Shown piece after piece: positions 49,823 through 60,618 of a stretch of 64,000 nucleotides of DNA. A program made the translations under genes and the position numbers. The notes below the pieces were generated by a model that saw only the letters and a program-made list of their open reading frames with translations, was not told the origin of the DNA and did no database searches. How positions within the stretch are numbered: position 1 is the stretch's first letter; every line of letters begins with the position of its first letter. The DNA lies in IMG/VR virus record IMGVR_UViG_3300025000_000053, positions 62,001 through 126,000 of that record. One strand, 5' to 3'.

Positions 49823-50253
49823 TGATAACTAGTATATACGAATGTAATACAATAGAAGACCTTATAAAATATGGTAACTCTTTAGATATATCTCATGATA
49901 AATTACATTTAAAAGCTTCATTTTCAGATAATTCTAATAATCTTATAATTTTTAATTATAATTCTTTAATTGAAAAATATAAGTATTTTTTAGAAAAATA
50001 TATAAAAACTATTGAATTTAATGATACTGAATATGAAAAATATAAATTTAAACCAAAAAGTTTAAGTATGGATTTATATGGAACTACTGAACTATGGTCA
50101 GCTATTTTAAGAATAAATGATATAATAAGTATTAGTGAATTTTCATTAAAAAAAATAAGATTATTTACAACTGATATATTATCTGTACTAAATGAAGTAT
50201 TAATTCTTGAGGAGGGTAATATAAAAGAAAATAAAAGTAATAATAGTATATAA
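49822..50253 (+). CDS. Baseplate wedge protein (T4 gp53/LysM-like)
   Basis: YKFKPKSLSMDLYGTTELWSAILRIN. Confidence 0.65.
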   Translation: MITSIYECNTIEDLIKYGNSLDISHDKLHLKASFSDNSNNLIIFNYNSLIEKYKYFLEKYIKTIEFNDTEYEKYKFKPKSLSMDLYGTTELWSAILRINDIISISEFSLKKIRLFTTDILSVLNEVLILEEGNIKENKSNNSI

Positions 50254-50311
50254 TACTATTACAAATATATATTATATTAATAGAATAGATAAAGAAAGAG
50301 GTTGATATTTA

Positions 50312-50926
50312 ATGAAAAAAAGTATAAAATTAACAATTGAAAATGAGGAAAAAATATTTTTTGACACGGTTATGAGTAAGAAGGGTCTTCCATGTCTATG
50401 GGAGCTTGGAGCTTTTTATGGTAAAATAGGCCACTCGTTAATAATAACTGATGATAAATTTAAGAAAACTGGTGCAATATTTGTAAAAAATGATTTACAT
50501 GCACAGGAAGAACAGGCTTTAATTCCAGTAACAGAAGGATTTTATGTATTTAAAAGTATTTTTCACAAACCGGATTATACTACATATTTATACAGAATTA
50601 CTGAAGTATCCGGTATATTAATCGTAGCTAGTTTAGTTGGATATTCTATATTAACAACAAATGATACAGATTTTTTAAATAAAAATTACAAAAATAAAAA
50701 TTTCATATCAGCTTTTGATATATCGTTGGATAAGGCTGAAGGTGAGAAAACTCTGTATTGTTATCCCCCAACATCCAAGAAGATTAGAGATAAAAAAGTA
50801 CATTATGTGTGTTCACCTAAAAAAGTTATTCATCACAAGGAAAAGGTAAGACGTAATGATATAAGTAAAATAGAGATAATAGGTGATGTCATTATAGGAC
50901 AGCTCGGTGGTTTTGAATATGATTAA
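50312..50926 (+). CDS. Hypothetical protein, paralogue of 50907..51404
   Basis: PCLWE.G, ALIP shared; forward promoter motif at 50266. Confidence 0.7.
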   Translation: MKKSIKLTIENEEKIFFDTVMSKKGLPCLWELGAFYGKIGHSLIITDDKFKKTGAIFVKNDLHAQEEQALIPVTEGFYVFKSIFHKPDYTTYLYRITEVSGILIVASLVGYSILTTNDTDFLNKNYKNKNFISAFDISLDKAEGEKTLYCYPPTSKKIRDKKVHYVCSPKKVIHHKEKVRRNDISKIEIIGDVIIGQLGGFEYD

Positions 50927-51404
50927 TATATTAAATCATAAAAACTTTGACCTAATTCTCAGTAATAAAAAAACACCATGCCTATGGGAATCTGGTGGTG
51001 CTTTTATGACTAATGATGGTTTAGCTATGATAATATGTGGTAAAAAATTTGAACAATTAAAAGCTGTTTATATTGTTCCCCAATCTAAATCTACTATATG
51101 TGGAAATCATGCACTCATTCCCATAAAAATAGGTTATCATATTATTGAAGTAATACAGTCTTATATAACAATATATAAAATAATTGGAATATATACGAAA
51201 TCATATACAGTTAAAACTGTATTATTAGGTAATTTTGATTTAAAAAATATCACAATTCAATATAATGAGTTATTAAATAATCCCTTGTTTAAAATTGCTC
51301 AAGCATCTGCTATAAGAAAGTCACAAACTCTTTTATGTATAAAACCTTTTTATGTAATAAAACCAAAGAAAAATAAAAAGAAAGGAAAAATAATAGTGAG
51401 TTAA
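50907..51404 (+). CDS. Hypothetical protein, paralogue of 50312..50926
   Basis: TPCLWESGG, HALIPIKIGY. Confidence 0.7.
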   Translation: MVLNMINILNHKNFDLILSNKKTPCLWESGGAFMTNDGLAMIICGKKFEQLKAVYIVPQSKSTICGNHALIPIKIGYHIIEVIQSYITIYKIIGIYTKSYTVKTVLLGNFDLKNITIQYNELLNNPLFKIAQASAIRKSQTLLCIKPFYVIKPKKNKKKGKIIVS

Positions 51405-51412
51405 TCTCACTA

Positions 51413-53077
51413 TTATTTTTTTTTATTTAATGCTGATGAAAAATCAAATAAATCTTCTTCTTTATCTTCTTTAATTACTTTTCTTTCTACTGCATTTCTT
51501 TTACCTTTTTTATCTATATTTAAATCTACACCTTCAAAATCTGTAGATAAACTTTCTTCAGATAATGAATGATTTAAATGAATATCATCAATAAGCCTAA
51601 TTCTATTACCTATTTCAAATGGATGATTGAAATAAGATAATTCATAAGTATCTCTATATCTTATTTTAATACGTTTAAATGTTAGATAATAATTATTAAT
51701 ATTATTTTTCTTTTTCTCTATATTAATAATACAACTCCAATCTGAATTTTCCATTATTTCCCAGGCAGTACCAACATTACCACGTCCAAGAAATCTCGCT
51801 AAATCTTCTTTATTGGCCATTAATGCACTATCCACTGAAATTGCCCCAGACCTATTTAATTGATGGGCTGTAATTACAGGTATAACTTTATCAACGGCTA
51901 AATTTTTTAATTCGTTAGTTATATTTTTCAGCTCTTCTTTTTCATCTTTAGCTTTTTCATATGGTCTAATTCTTTTAATATAATCTAAAATTAAAGCTAT
52001 TACTTCTTTACCATCATCAGATAAATCATCTATTATTGTGTATAAATCGGCAGTTGATTTTTCTCTATTTGGGTAATATTTAATAATAATGTCAATATTA
52101 TTATCATCAGATAAAATTAATTCACCATCTTCTGTTAATTTCTTTATTACTTGTTTAGCAGTAAAACTTCTGATATCATCTGAAGTTACTACCATATTAA
52201 ATAATCTTTCAACACTCTCTTGAATTGTATTCTCCATTGTTACCAATAATACACAAGGTTTTTTACCAGGTTTTTTAACTTTTATACCTTTATTATATTT
52301 CTTTATATCTATCGCTGTTTTTAAAAGAATTCCTGATTTAAATCCAGCAGGTAATCCTAAATATGTATATAAGCATTTACTCATATAACCTGGTGATAGT
52401 ATATGATTTAGTTTTTGTATACCGGTTCTTAATATATGTGCAGGGTCTTTTAACTCATTAACTATATCTGTTACAACATCTTTAAATACATCCTCTTCTA
52501 AACTAAAAGTTTGTGTATTATCAACAGTTGAAACTTTTCTCGTATGATTTAATATTCTGCTACAAATTTCAGTTAATTCATCATTAACTTCTTGAAAACT
52601 GTTATACTCACCTGAGTCTAATTTTTCTATAGAATTATATAGTCTGTCTTTATAATTAAATAAATAAGCATATTTTAATCTATCAACAATAGCTTTATTA
52701 ATATATTTAATCTCTTCATAATTTATTTTCTTATATATAATTAGAGATTTTATAATCCCTTCTATTTCTTTATTGAAAGTATCTGTTCTACAATAATTAA
52801 CTATCGCATCTTCATTTTCAAACCCTCTATCTAAACGAGCTTCTAAAGCTCGTTTAATAAAATACATTCTTGATTCTATCTTTTCATTACCTTCATATAT
52901 TCTTTCATCTATAATCTCAAATAAATTCTTTAAATTAGTTAAAGATTTCCTTGATACTTGTGAAGAATTTTTAAATATAAATCCTATTAACATATTCAAC
53001 ATAGTAATATCAAATTTTAAACTTATTTTTTTTACTTCACTCTCAACCACCTTAAATAATTTTTTTCTACTTACCAT
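51413..53077 (-). CDS. dnaB: DnaB-like replicative helicase (jumbo-phage type)
   Basis: Variant Walker A GLPAGFKS, VTMEN, LDYIKRI, VITAHQLNR. Confidence 0.85.
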   Translation of the reverse strand: MVSRKKLFKVVESEVKKISLKFDITMLNMLIGFIFKNSSQVSRKSLTNLKNLFEIIDERIYEGNEKIESRMYFIKRALEARLDRGFENEDAIVNYCRTDTFNKEIEGIIKSLIIYKKINYEEIKYINKAIVDRLKYAYLFNYKDRLYNSIEKLDSGEYNSFQEVNDELTEICSRILNHTRKVSTVDNTQTFSLEEDVFKDVVTDIVNELKDPAHILRTGIQKLNHILSPGYMSKCLYTYLGLPAGFKSGILLKTAIDIKKYNKGIKVKKPGKKPCVLLVTMENTIQESVERLFNMVVTSDDIRSFTAKQVIKKLTEDGELILSDDNNIDIIIKYYPNREKSTADLYTIIDDLSDDGKEVIALILDYIKRIRPYEKAKDEKEELKNITNELKNLAVDKVIPVITAHQLNRSGAISVDSALMANKEDLARFLGRGNVGTAWEIMENSDWSCIINIEKKKNNINNYYLTFKRIKIRYRDTYELSYFNHPFEIGNRIRLIDDIHLNHSLSEESLSTDFEGVDLNIDKKGKRNAVERKVIKEDKEEDLFDFSSALNKKK

Positions 53078-54278
53078 TAAAAGATACCCTCCTTTGTATC
53101 TGTTGATACAAATAATATCTAATCTTATCTACTGTAATGTCTTTATTATATTTCATTTTTATAAAATTAGAAATCTTTTCTTCTGGACAAATATTTTTAT
53201 TAAATATAAAGCCATATTTTTCTAATAATAAATTTATCTTTTCTTCTGTTTCTTTTTTTTGTCTTAATTTATTATTGTTATTAATAATAACTTTTACATT
53301 TGAGTATTTATTAAATACTTCATTTATCATATTAGTTAATAATAAAGTATTAGGAAAATCTTCTGGTATATTTATTATTAACCTAATATAATCTATTATT
53401 AAACTATTTACTAATTGTATTAAATAATCTATTTGTTGTTTTTCATTATTATTAAAGAAAGATTTATTATTATAATCTATAACAATGGTATCATATCTTT
53501 TAGCTAATTTATTAACTATAAATTCAGTATTATAGTTTTTATTAATAGGTGAATATGAAAATAAATAAAAGCCTTTATTATTTTCTTCTCCAAAACACCA
53601 TCTAGAATAAGAACCTGTATAAAATATGCGTTCCTTTATTATTTGTGATTCATGTATATGACCAAACAATATTAACCCATCAGTTATATTTAATAAAACA
53701 TCTGAATTAAATATAGGTGCTTTACTCATAGTCATTTCACTTTCCTGTTTATTAGCAACAAATACGACTTCACCAAATAAACCATGACCAAATATCATGT
53801 CATATCTAGAACTAAAATATTCTTTATAATATTCATCTTTATTCTCAACATATTCTTCCGGTAGATATAATACTTTTAAATCATCAAATAATAATTCACT
53901 TTCAACATTATAAATTATTTTAAAATCATATTTATTATTTTTAGTATATATTTCTAATGTTTCTAATTGTTTATTATCATGTGATTCAGTTCCTTTTATT
54001 AATCTAATTTTAATATTTTTTCTATAAGCTATTTCTAGTAATCTAAAAATAAATTGTAAAGAATATTTAGCGTGTTCTGAATTCATTGATATTTTTGTAT
54101 TATAAAAGTCACCAACTATAACTATGAAATCTATTACTTTTAGTTTTTCAATATAATCTAAAAAACCTTCTTGTAATTGATAATATAAATCTTTTGATTT
54201 AATAGATGAACCAAAATGTATATCACCTATAGCAATTCCAACATAAACTTTATTATTCAAGTATATTCCCCCATTCAT
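53067..54278 (-). CDS. sbcD: SbcD/Mre11-like metallophosphoesterase nuclease
   Basis: GDIHFG, VGD, GTESHD, FGHG, GHIH, YTGS. Confidence 0.85.
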   Translation of the reverse strand: MNGGIYLNNKVYVGIAIGDIHFGSSIKSKDLYYQLQEGFLDYIEKLKVIDFIVIVGDFYNTKISMNSEHAKYSLQFIFRLLEIAYRKNIKIRLIKGTESHDNKQLETLEIYTKNNKYDFKIIYNVESELLFDDLKVLYLPEEYVENKDEYYKEYFSSRYDMIFGHGLFGEVVFVANKQESEMTMSKAPIFNSDVLLNITDGLILFGHIHESQIIKERIFYTGSYSRWCFGEENNKGFYLFSYSPINKNYNTEFIVNKLAKRYDTIVIDYNNKSFFNNNEKQQIDYLIQLVNSLIIDYIRLIINIPEDFPNTLLLTNMINEVFNKYSNVKVIINNNNKLRQKKETEEKINLLLEKYGFIFNKNICPEEKISNFIKMKYNKDITVDKIRYYLYQQIQRRVSFNGK

Positions 54279-54930
54279 CAGTATAATTTAAATCATACCA
54301 TGAATGAAATAAAGTTAATAGATGTTTAAAAACTTTTATATAACTATTTAATTTTCCTCTTGTAAAAATCCTTTCCTTATACCCAGAATTATTAACAATT
54401 AAAATTCCTACATTATCAACCTTTAATCCTTTTTCTTCAATTAACATACAGTAACCAGCTAATTGTAAAAACATTGTTGAATAAAAGTTTTTAGAAGTTT
54501 TAAAATCTAGTATTGTCAATTTATTATCTATTTTTCCATAAAAATCTATAGTTCCTCCGAATTTATCTGATACTAAAGATTCTTCTAAATATATTGGTTT
54601 TATTGTATGTAAATCTTTCCATATATTAAATGCTTTAATATGTAGAAAATTAGAACTTATTATATGATATAAATTACTATATTTTTTATTAATTAGGTCT
54701 TTATCAACTGGTTGATTAGATAAAATACAATTAATAATATAATGAACTAAAGTGCCAATATCTGAATATTCTTGTAAAACCATATCATAGTTTTGTCTTT
54801 TAAATCCTAGATAATTAGACCATTTTAATAACTTAGGTTTATTTAATAATTGCAATATAGTAGTAACACTTGGAACTTCTTCATCTTTGTCATTTGTATA
54901 AATATTGTGATTTTTATTATATTTACCCAT
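54253..54930 (-). CDS. PD-(D/E)xK exonuclease (RecB/Cas4-like)
   Basis: PSVTTIL, GTLVH, GTIDF...ILDFKTS, LQLAGY. Confidence 0.85.
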   Translation of the reverse strand: MGKYNKNHNIYTNDKDEEVPSVTTILQLLNKPKLLKWSNYLGFKRQNYDMVLQEYSDIGTLVHYIINCILSNQPVDKDLINKKYSNLYHIISSNFLHIKAFNIWKDLHTIKPIYLEESLVSDKFGGTIDFYGKIDNKLTILDFKTSKNFYSTMFLQLAGYCMLIEEKGLKVDNVGILIVNNSGYKERIFTRGKLNSYIKVFKHLLTLFHSWYDLNYTDEWGNILE

Positions 54931-55047
54931 ATTTTAATTACCCTCTCTAATAAATTTTCTTTATTTAATAGTTGAATGAAAAATAATTTATGAAAAACGT
55001 ATTATAAAACATACTAATAAATACAAAAATGTAAAGGGTGTGATCTA

Positions 55048-55992
55048 TTGGCTTTCAAATCATTAGAAGATACTTTTGTTTATAAAAATCTAAATAAAGG
55101 TGATATTATATCAACTAATATCAGTAAAATATTTAGAGAAGGTGAAATACTTGGACAAAAAAATTTAGAAGAAGCTTTTATTATCATCAATAAGAATTTT
55201 AAGTTTCCTCTAAAATATAAAGTAATGGAAGATTTTCAAAAAGGTGGATTAGTTTTAATGTATTCACCAGCTCATGTTAAATTACCAACATCAATGCCTT
55301 TCTTTTTAACAAGAAATTCTAAAGATGAAGTAGTTGCAATAATATTGGTTGATTTATATGGAAGTATGAATAAAGAAACTAGAAATGTTAATATAGATGT
55401 TAAGAAATTATATTGTATTATGGAATCTGCTTATATAGCTAAATTATGTTTTTTAAATGCTAATACAATCAACGTATCTAGTACAGTAATGTCATATGGT
55501 TCTATAATATATGCAAATATGTTTACAAGAGTTCTAAATAAAAAATATGCTTTAAATGTAGATAGAAATAAATTTAATAAAGTTATTTTCTTATCTAGTA
55601 AATTCTTTTTAATTAATATGCTTAATAAATCTGATAATGAAATGATTTTCAATTATTGTTTAAAAAATTGTGTTGAGGGTAATAAGTTTATTCTTAGTGA
55701 AGTTAATGATATATTTAAAAATGAGGATTTTACCGATTTATCATTATTTATTAATGGATTAATTAGATCAGAATTAGGATTAAATTTTAAGGATTTATCT
55801 GTTAGGAATTATCTTGAATCATTCATTAATATGTATGATGGTTCAGCTTTATTAGCATTAGAATCTTTTCCTTATTTTATGTATAATATATTAGCTGTAA
55901 TTAATGGAGCATATTTAAATAATCAATATATTTTAGAAGACATTGTACAAACTAATGGTACTAAGCTTTATCAATATTTTTTAAATTTATAG
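55048..55992 (+). CDS. Hypothetical (probably virion) protein
   Basis: 314-aa ORF heading the plus-strand structural block; TTG start with AAGGG SD. Confidence 0.7.
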   Translation: MAFKSLEDTFVYKNLNKGDIISTNISKIFREGEILGQKNLEEAFIIINKNFKFPLKYKVMEDFQKGGLVLMYSPAHVKLPTSMPFFLTRNSKDEVVAIILVDLYGSMNKETRNVNIDVKKLYCIMESAYIAKLCFLNANTINVSSTVMSYGSIIYANMFTRVLNKKYALNVDRNKFNKVIFLSSKFFLINMLNKSDNEMIFNYCLKNCVEGNKFILSEVNDIFKNEDFTDLSLFINGLIRSELGLNFKDLSVRNYLESFINMYDGSALLALESFPYFMYNILAVINGAYLNNQYILEDIVQTNGTKLYQYFLNL

Positions 55993-56040
55993 AATAATAG
56001 ATTGTTAATATAAATTTTTTAAAGGAGGTTTATTATTTGT

Positions 56041-57924
56041 ATGGAATCATTTAGCCGTATTCAACATAGAAGAGATACTACAGCTAATTGGGAATTAAAT
56101 AACCCTATATTACCGGATGGTGAATTAGGTATAGAATTTCGTATTGATGGAACAATTGGGCTTAAAACAGGTAATGGTGTAGATACATGGAATGATTTAC
56201 CTTATTTAAGTGGAGAGGGTATTACTCCTGAAACATTAATAGCATTAAATGATTTAGCAGGAACGGGTAGAACTACTGAAACTATTAAAGGCATATATGA
56301 TTTATTTAATATACATTTAATTGAAACTATAACTGGACTAGTGAATGTAAAAAGTTATGGCGCTAAAGGTGATGGTGTAACTGATGATTTAAATGCTTTA
56401 ATTGAAGCCAGAGATGATGCATTAATTAATAATAAAACTTTTTATATACCAGAAGATTTTAATTGTTATATTAGTGGTGATTTAGATTTAAGTGGTATTA
56501 AAAACGTAGAAATTAGAGGGATTATAACTGGTCCATCATTAACTAATATTTTAACTTTAGGTTATAATTCCGTTACTGCAAAGCCAACTAATTATTATAT
56601 AAATGAAGTTAATGATTTAAAAATTAAAATTCATGGAATTAGAAATGCTAATGTTATAGTAAATTTCTCAGAGTATTTTTTAATATATGCTGATGGTAAT
56701 AATGATACTAAATATGCAGTAGATTATTCAAAGTTTTATTTAGGAAATATTGATACATTAGAATTTTCTTCAGTGGCCGGAGCACAACCTGCCCATATTA
56801 ATGAAAATAAATTTTTTGGAGGAAGAATTCATAATTTAATAATAGGAGGTTCATATCCTCATAATAATAATATTTTCTATGGTCCTATGTTTGAAAATTT
56901 TACAGCTAATATTACTGATGGTAGTAGTAGTAATTATTTTTATGATTGTCGATTAGAGGGTACTATTGATATTACTTTTGGTGCGGAAACATCAAATAAT
57001 TATTTCTTTCGCTCACATTTCCCACTTTGGCACACATATTTAAAGAATCTAGATACTTATGATATGACAATAACAAATAATGGATATGATAATGGGGTTA
57101 TAGCAATCCCAGATATCGCTCATAAAAAAGAATGTATTTTTGAATTAAATATAAAATCAAAAAATTTTGATACTGATGATTTTGTAAGAAACCAATATAA
57201 CATTGAGGCTGGTGGATCATATAGAACATTTTTTGATAGTGGTATAATACCATTAACAAACCCTTTAAGTTTAGTTTTAATATCTGATCAAAATTTATTT
57301 GAGATATTCTTATATGCATATGATGTTGATAAAAATTTATTAACTACGGAACAAACCGGATTTACTAGTTTACCAGCATTTGATAATGTAAACTATCGTT
57401 ATAATCATGATGCATTAAAAGGCACTTTTAATACTGGTGTCCCTATAATACCAACATCTATTGTAAAATATTTTAGATATGAAGTTAGAACTGGTGCTGT
57501 AATTGGACAAACATTTGATTATGCAAAAATAATACAAATACAACAAAATAATCATTGGACACAAATAATTCCAGTCAGTAAGAAATATAATTATACAAAG
57601 AATGGACCAACAAGACCGACTAAAGGTTATTGGTATAAAGGTGACTATGTAGAAAATACTAATAAAGAAAAACTAGATATTGATAGCACAACCCAATATG
57701 TAGTAAAAGGTTGGATAAGACTTAGAGATGGTACAACTTATGTTAATAATGTTGATTGGGTTGAGGATAGGGCATATTATTCTAATAAAATTGACGAAAA
57801 TGGTCCTACTACAAGTAGACCTTCTACTCCAGTAACAGGACAACGATATTTTGATACAACATTAAATAAACCAATATGGTATAATGGTACAGCTTGGGTT
57901 GAAGCTACTGGTGCAACCGTCTAA
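56041..57924 (+). CDS. Tail fibre/tailspike 1 (Mtd_N-like N-terminus plus beta-helix)
   Basis: RRDTTANWELNNPIL..GE.G.E..KTGNG..WNDLPY; NVKSYGAKGDGVTDD. Confidence 0.8.
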   Translation: MESFSRIQHRRDTTANWELNNPILPDGELGIEFRIDGTIGLKTGNGVDTWNDLPYLSGEGITPETLIALNDLAGTGRTTETIKGIYDLFNIHLIETITGLVNVKSYGAKGDGVTDDLNALIEARDDALINNKTFYIPEDFNCYISGDLDLSGIKNVEIRGIITGPSLTNILTLGYNSVTAKPTNYYINEVNDLKIKIHGIRNANVIVNFSEYFLIYADGNNDTKYAVDYSKFYLGNIDTLEFSSVAGAQPAHINENKFFGGRIHNLIIGGSYPHNNNIFYGPMFENFTANITDGSSSNYFYDCRLEGTIDITFGAETSNNYFFRSHFPLWHTYLKNLDTYDMTITNNGYDNGVIAIPDIAHKKECIFELNIKSKNFDTDDFVRNQYNIEAGGSYRTFFDSGIIPLTNPLSLVLISDQNLFEIFLYAYDVDKNLLTTEQTGFTSLPAFDNVNYRYNHDALKGTFNTGVPIIPTSIVKYFRYEVRTGAVIGQTFDYAKIIQIQQNNHWTQIIPVSKKYNYTKNGPTRPTKGYWYKGDYVENTNKEKLDIDSTTQYVVKGWIRLRDGTTYVNNVDWVEDRAYYSNKIDENGPTTSRPSTPVTGQRYFDTTLNKPIWYNGTAWVEATGATV

Positions 57925-57949
57925 TAATTTTAAAAAAGGAGAGATATAC

Positions 57950-58222
57950 ATGGCTTTACAAATGACTGTTGAAACAAAGTCAGGTGTTTTAATAGATAAT
58001 TGTTATATCAGAATAGATGAAATTGGAGGAACTAAGGAACAATTAAATATACGTGTAAGACTTTATATTTCTAAAGAAAAAAGAGAAAATGGAGTTAATG
58101 CTTTAGAAGAAAATATTTTTTCTTTTACTCCATCTATAGAAATTAGTGCTCTTAATTTTATTATGCAAGGATATTTATATTTAAAATCATTACCTGAATT
58201 TATAAATGCTATAGATAATTAA
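57950..58222 (+). CDS. Small fibre-associated/chaperone-like protein 1
   Basis: SD AAGGAG favours the ATG at 57950; YIRID...QGYLYLKSLPEF. Confidence 0.7.
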   Translation: MALQMTVETKSGVLIDNCYIRIDEIGGTKEQLNIRVRLYISKEKRENGVNALEENIFSFTPSIEISALNFIMQGYLYLKSLPEFINAIDN

Positions 58223-58234
58223 GTTAATAAACAA

Positions 58235-58270
58235 TAACAAAATACTGATATAGTAATCAGTATTTTGTTA
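58235..58270 (+). terminator. Terminator hairpin between the fibre cassettes
   Basis: TAACAAAATACTGAT-atagta-ATCAGTATTTTGTTA. Confidence 0.6.
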
Positions 58271-58393
58271 AATATTTTTTATTATAAGTATAAATAACAG
58301 ATTTTATAAAAAATAAAACAAATATATAAAAAATATCAATAAATAATAAAACAAGTTGATTTTTAATATATTAAAGGAGGGATTTGTTATTTT

Positions 58394-60271
58394 ATGCCTA
58401 ATTTAATTAAGCAACGAAGAGATACTACAGCTAATTGGGTATTAGTCAATCCTATATTGGCTGAAGGTGAAATAGGGATTGAATTTCGTACTAATGGAAG
58501 TATAGGTATTAAAACAGGTAATGGTGTAGATACATGGAATGATTTACCTTATTTAAGTGGAGAGGGTATAACAGTAGAAACACAGGAAGTTATTGATGTA
58601 ATAAATGAAGATATTGGACAACGAAGTATAAATATTAAGATGCTTGGTGCTATAGGAGATGGTTTGTCTCATCCTTTATCTGAAAAATTTAATTCTTTAG
58701 CTGAAGCTCAAGTTGTATACCCCCAGGCGATAAACATTACAGATGAAATAGACGGATTGACTATATTAAAAGCTTTAAATGAATATGATGAAAGTTTTTG
58801 TCCTAAAGGTGAATATCTTACATCTAATTCTATAGTCATACCCGAAGGTAAACGATTAAAATTATCAAAGAAAGCAATAATTAAACCGGTCAGTGATATT
58901 AATGTTGTTGAATTAGGAAAGAGTTCAAATATTGAGGGTGGTGTTATATTATGCTCTCTCAGTAATTTTACAAAAGCCTTAATATTTGTTAATGGTGTGA
59001 ATAGAATTGGAAGTTTATCTGATGTAACTTTTGCAAAGGATTTAACATTAAAGGGTAATGTTGATATAACCAGTATGAATAATAAAGGAATTCATCTTTA
59101 TGCAGATGGAGATAATCATAGTTTAGCTTGGTTAAAATTTGATAATATAAATATTATTCAAATGGGAGAAGCTGTAACTCTCGAAACAATAACTCCCCCT
59201 AGCGGTATGTGTTGGATTAATAGTAATATTTTTAGTAAAATAGGAATATCTTTTTGTCGTCAAGGTATATCTATTAAATCTGGTGTTGTATCTGCTGCTA
59301 TATCTGGAAATATATTTGATTTTATATTTCAAACATCGTCATTTAGTGAACGTGCTCTAATTTGTAATGGTGCTTTTAATTTATTTACATCAACTATATG
59401 GGATTGGAACACTGCCTCATCATTAATAGCAATTGAAATGGAAAGTTCAGCCACACAAAATAAAAACGAAACCACTATTTTAAGAGATCAATATTTAGAT
59501 AATGGTATTGATAATGTTTTTTTTAGTAGGAGATTTGTATATACTGGTACAATAAATATTTATGTTGATCCTGTAAATGGAAATGATGTTAATTCAGGTT
59601 CACTAACCCAACCATTAAAAACAATTGGTAATGCTATATCTAAAATTCCAAAAGAATTCCACAATTCAATTCAAATTAATTTACAGGCCGGTGATTATAC
59701 TGTTTTAGAGGGAACACAATTGACAATTCAAGATTTATATGGATTTGGTAGTTTATTAATTAAAGGTGTTACCTCAGATAAATCATTATATAAAATTCCA
59801 GCTATTAAACTTCAGAGAATATATTTAGGTGTTCTTATTCAATATTTAAATGTTGATGGAAAGGGAACTAACAATGGAATTGATGTTAGGATGAGTCCGA
59901 ATATAGAGATAAATAATTGCACTATATCTAATTGCATTGATGCTGTTTATAGTTATAAAGCAAATTTAGAATTAACTAGTTGTGATGGTGTAAATAATAG
60001 TGTAGCGTATCATGCATATCATGGTAAAATAGGATTAGCTACTTCAACAATAAGTGCAATAACTAAATATTCTTCAACAGCAGGAGGTATTATAATTGAT
60101 GAAAAAATATCTCCTATGGTTAAAATGAGTTCATCACCAGCGAGTGGTACATGGGGATTAGGAGATGTTGTTGAAAATTCTAACCCAATAGCAGGTGGTT
60201 ATAAATGTTGGATATGTATAACTGCTGGGACTCCAGGAGTGTGGAAAGGTTCTGGATTAATTGAGGTATAA
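58394..60271 (+). CDS. Tail fibre/tailspike 2 (Mtd_N-like N-terminus plus beta-helix)
   Basis: Same N-terminal module; NIKMLGAIGDG; YVDPVNGND; WICITAGTPGVW. Confidence 0.8.
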   Translation: MPNLIKQRRDTTANWVLVNPILAEGEIGIEFRTNGSIGIKTGNGVDTWNDLPYLSGEGITVETQEVIDVINEDIGQRSINIKMLGAIGDGLSHPLSEKFNSLAEAQVVYPQAINITDEIDGLTILKALNEYDESFCPKGEYLTSNSIVIPEGKRLKLSKKAIIKPVSDINVVELGKSSNIEGGVILCSLSNFTKALIFVNGVNRIGSLSDVTFAKDLTLKGNVDITSMNNKGIHLYADGDNHSLAWLKFDNINIIQMGEAVTLETITPPSGMCWINSNIFSKIGISFCRQGISIKSGVVSAAISGNIFDFIFQTSSFSERALICNGAFNLFTSTIWDWNTASSLIAIEMESSATQNKNETTILRDQYLDNGIDNVFFSRRFVYTGTINIYVDPVNGNDVNSGSLTQPLKTIGNAISKIPKEFHNSIQINLQAGDYTVLEGTQLTIQDLYGFGSLLIKGVTSDKSLYKIPAIKLQRIYLGVLIQYLNVDGKGTNNGIDVRMSPNIEINNCTISNCIDAVYSYKANLELTSCDGVNNSVAYHAYHGKIGLATSTISAITKYSSTAGGIIIDEKISPMVKMSSSPASGTWGLGDVVENSNPIAGGYKCWICITAGTPGVWKGSGLIEV

Positions 60272-60283
60272 AAAATAAAAGGA

Positions 60284-60568
60284 GTGTTAATAATGGCTTT
60301 AAGTATATCTATAAATTTAAATAATAGTTTAATTATCAATAATGCTTATGTTAGAATTGATACTATTAATGGATATAAAGGTGAATTGACAATATCTGTT
60401 AACTCATATGTAAGTCAAGAGTCATTTATTGAAGGTGATGATTACTTAGGATTAACAAGATTTTATAAATTCATTCCAATTCTTGAAGACAATTCTCCAA
60501 ATTTTATTAAACAAGGCTATGAATATCTTAAAACTCTACCTGAGTTTGAAAATGCAACTGATTGTTAA
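60284..60568 (+). CDS. Small fibre-associated/chaperone-like protein 2
   Basis: YVRID...QGYEYLKTLPEF, paralogue of 57950..58222. Confidence 0.7.
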   Translation: MLIMALSISINLNNSLIINNAYVRIDTINGYKGELTISVNSYVSQESFIEGDDYLGLTRFYKFIPILEDNSPNFIKQGYEYLKTLPEFENATDC

Positions 60569-60618
60569 AAAATCAATTAACTTAAAAGTAGTATATATTT
60601 ATTGGAAGGGGTGATAAT

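Noticed and set aside
40049-53077. Inteins or introns in gyrA, gyrB, or the Dda-like and DnaB-like helicases
   Set aside because: The ORFs are continuous and of expected length, with no intein splicing motifs or intron core elements.
38290-58345. AACA motifs before plus-strand genes as defined late promoters
   Set aside because: The motif is too short and common in this base composition to call without start-site data.
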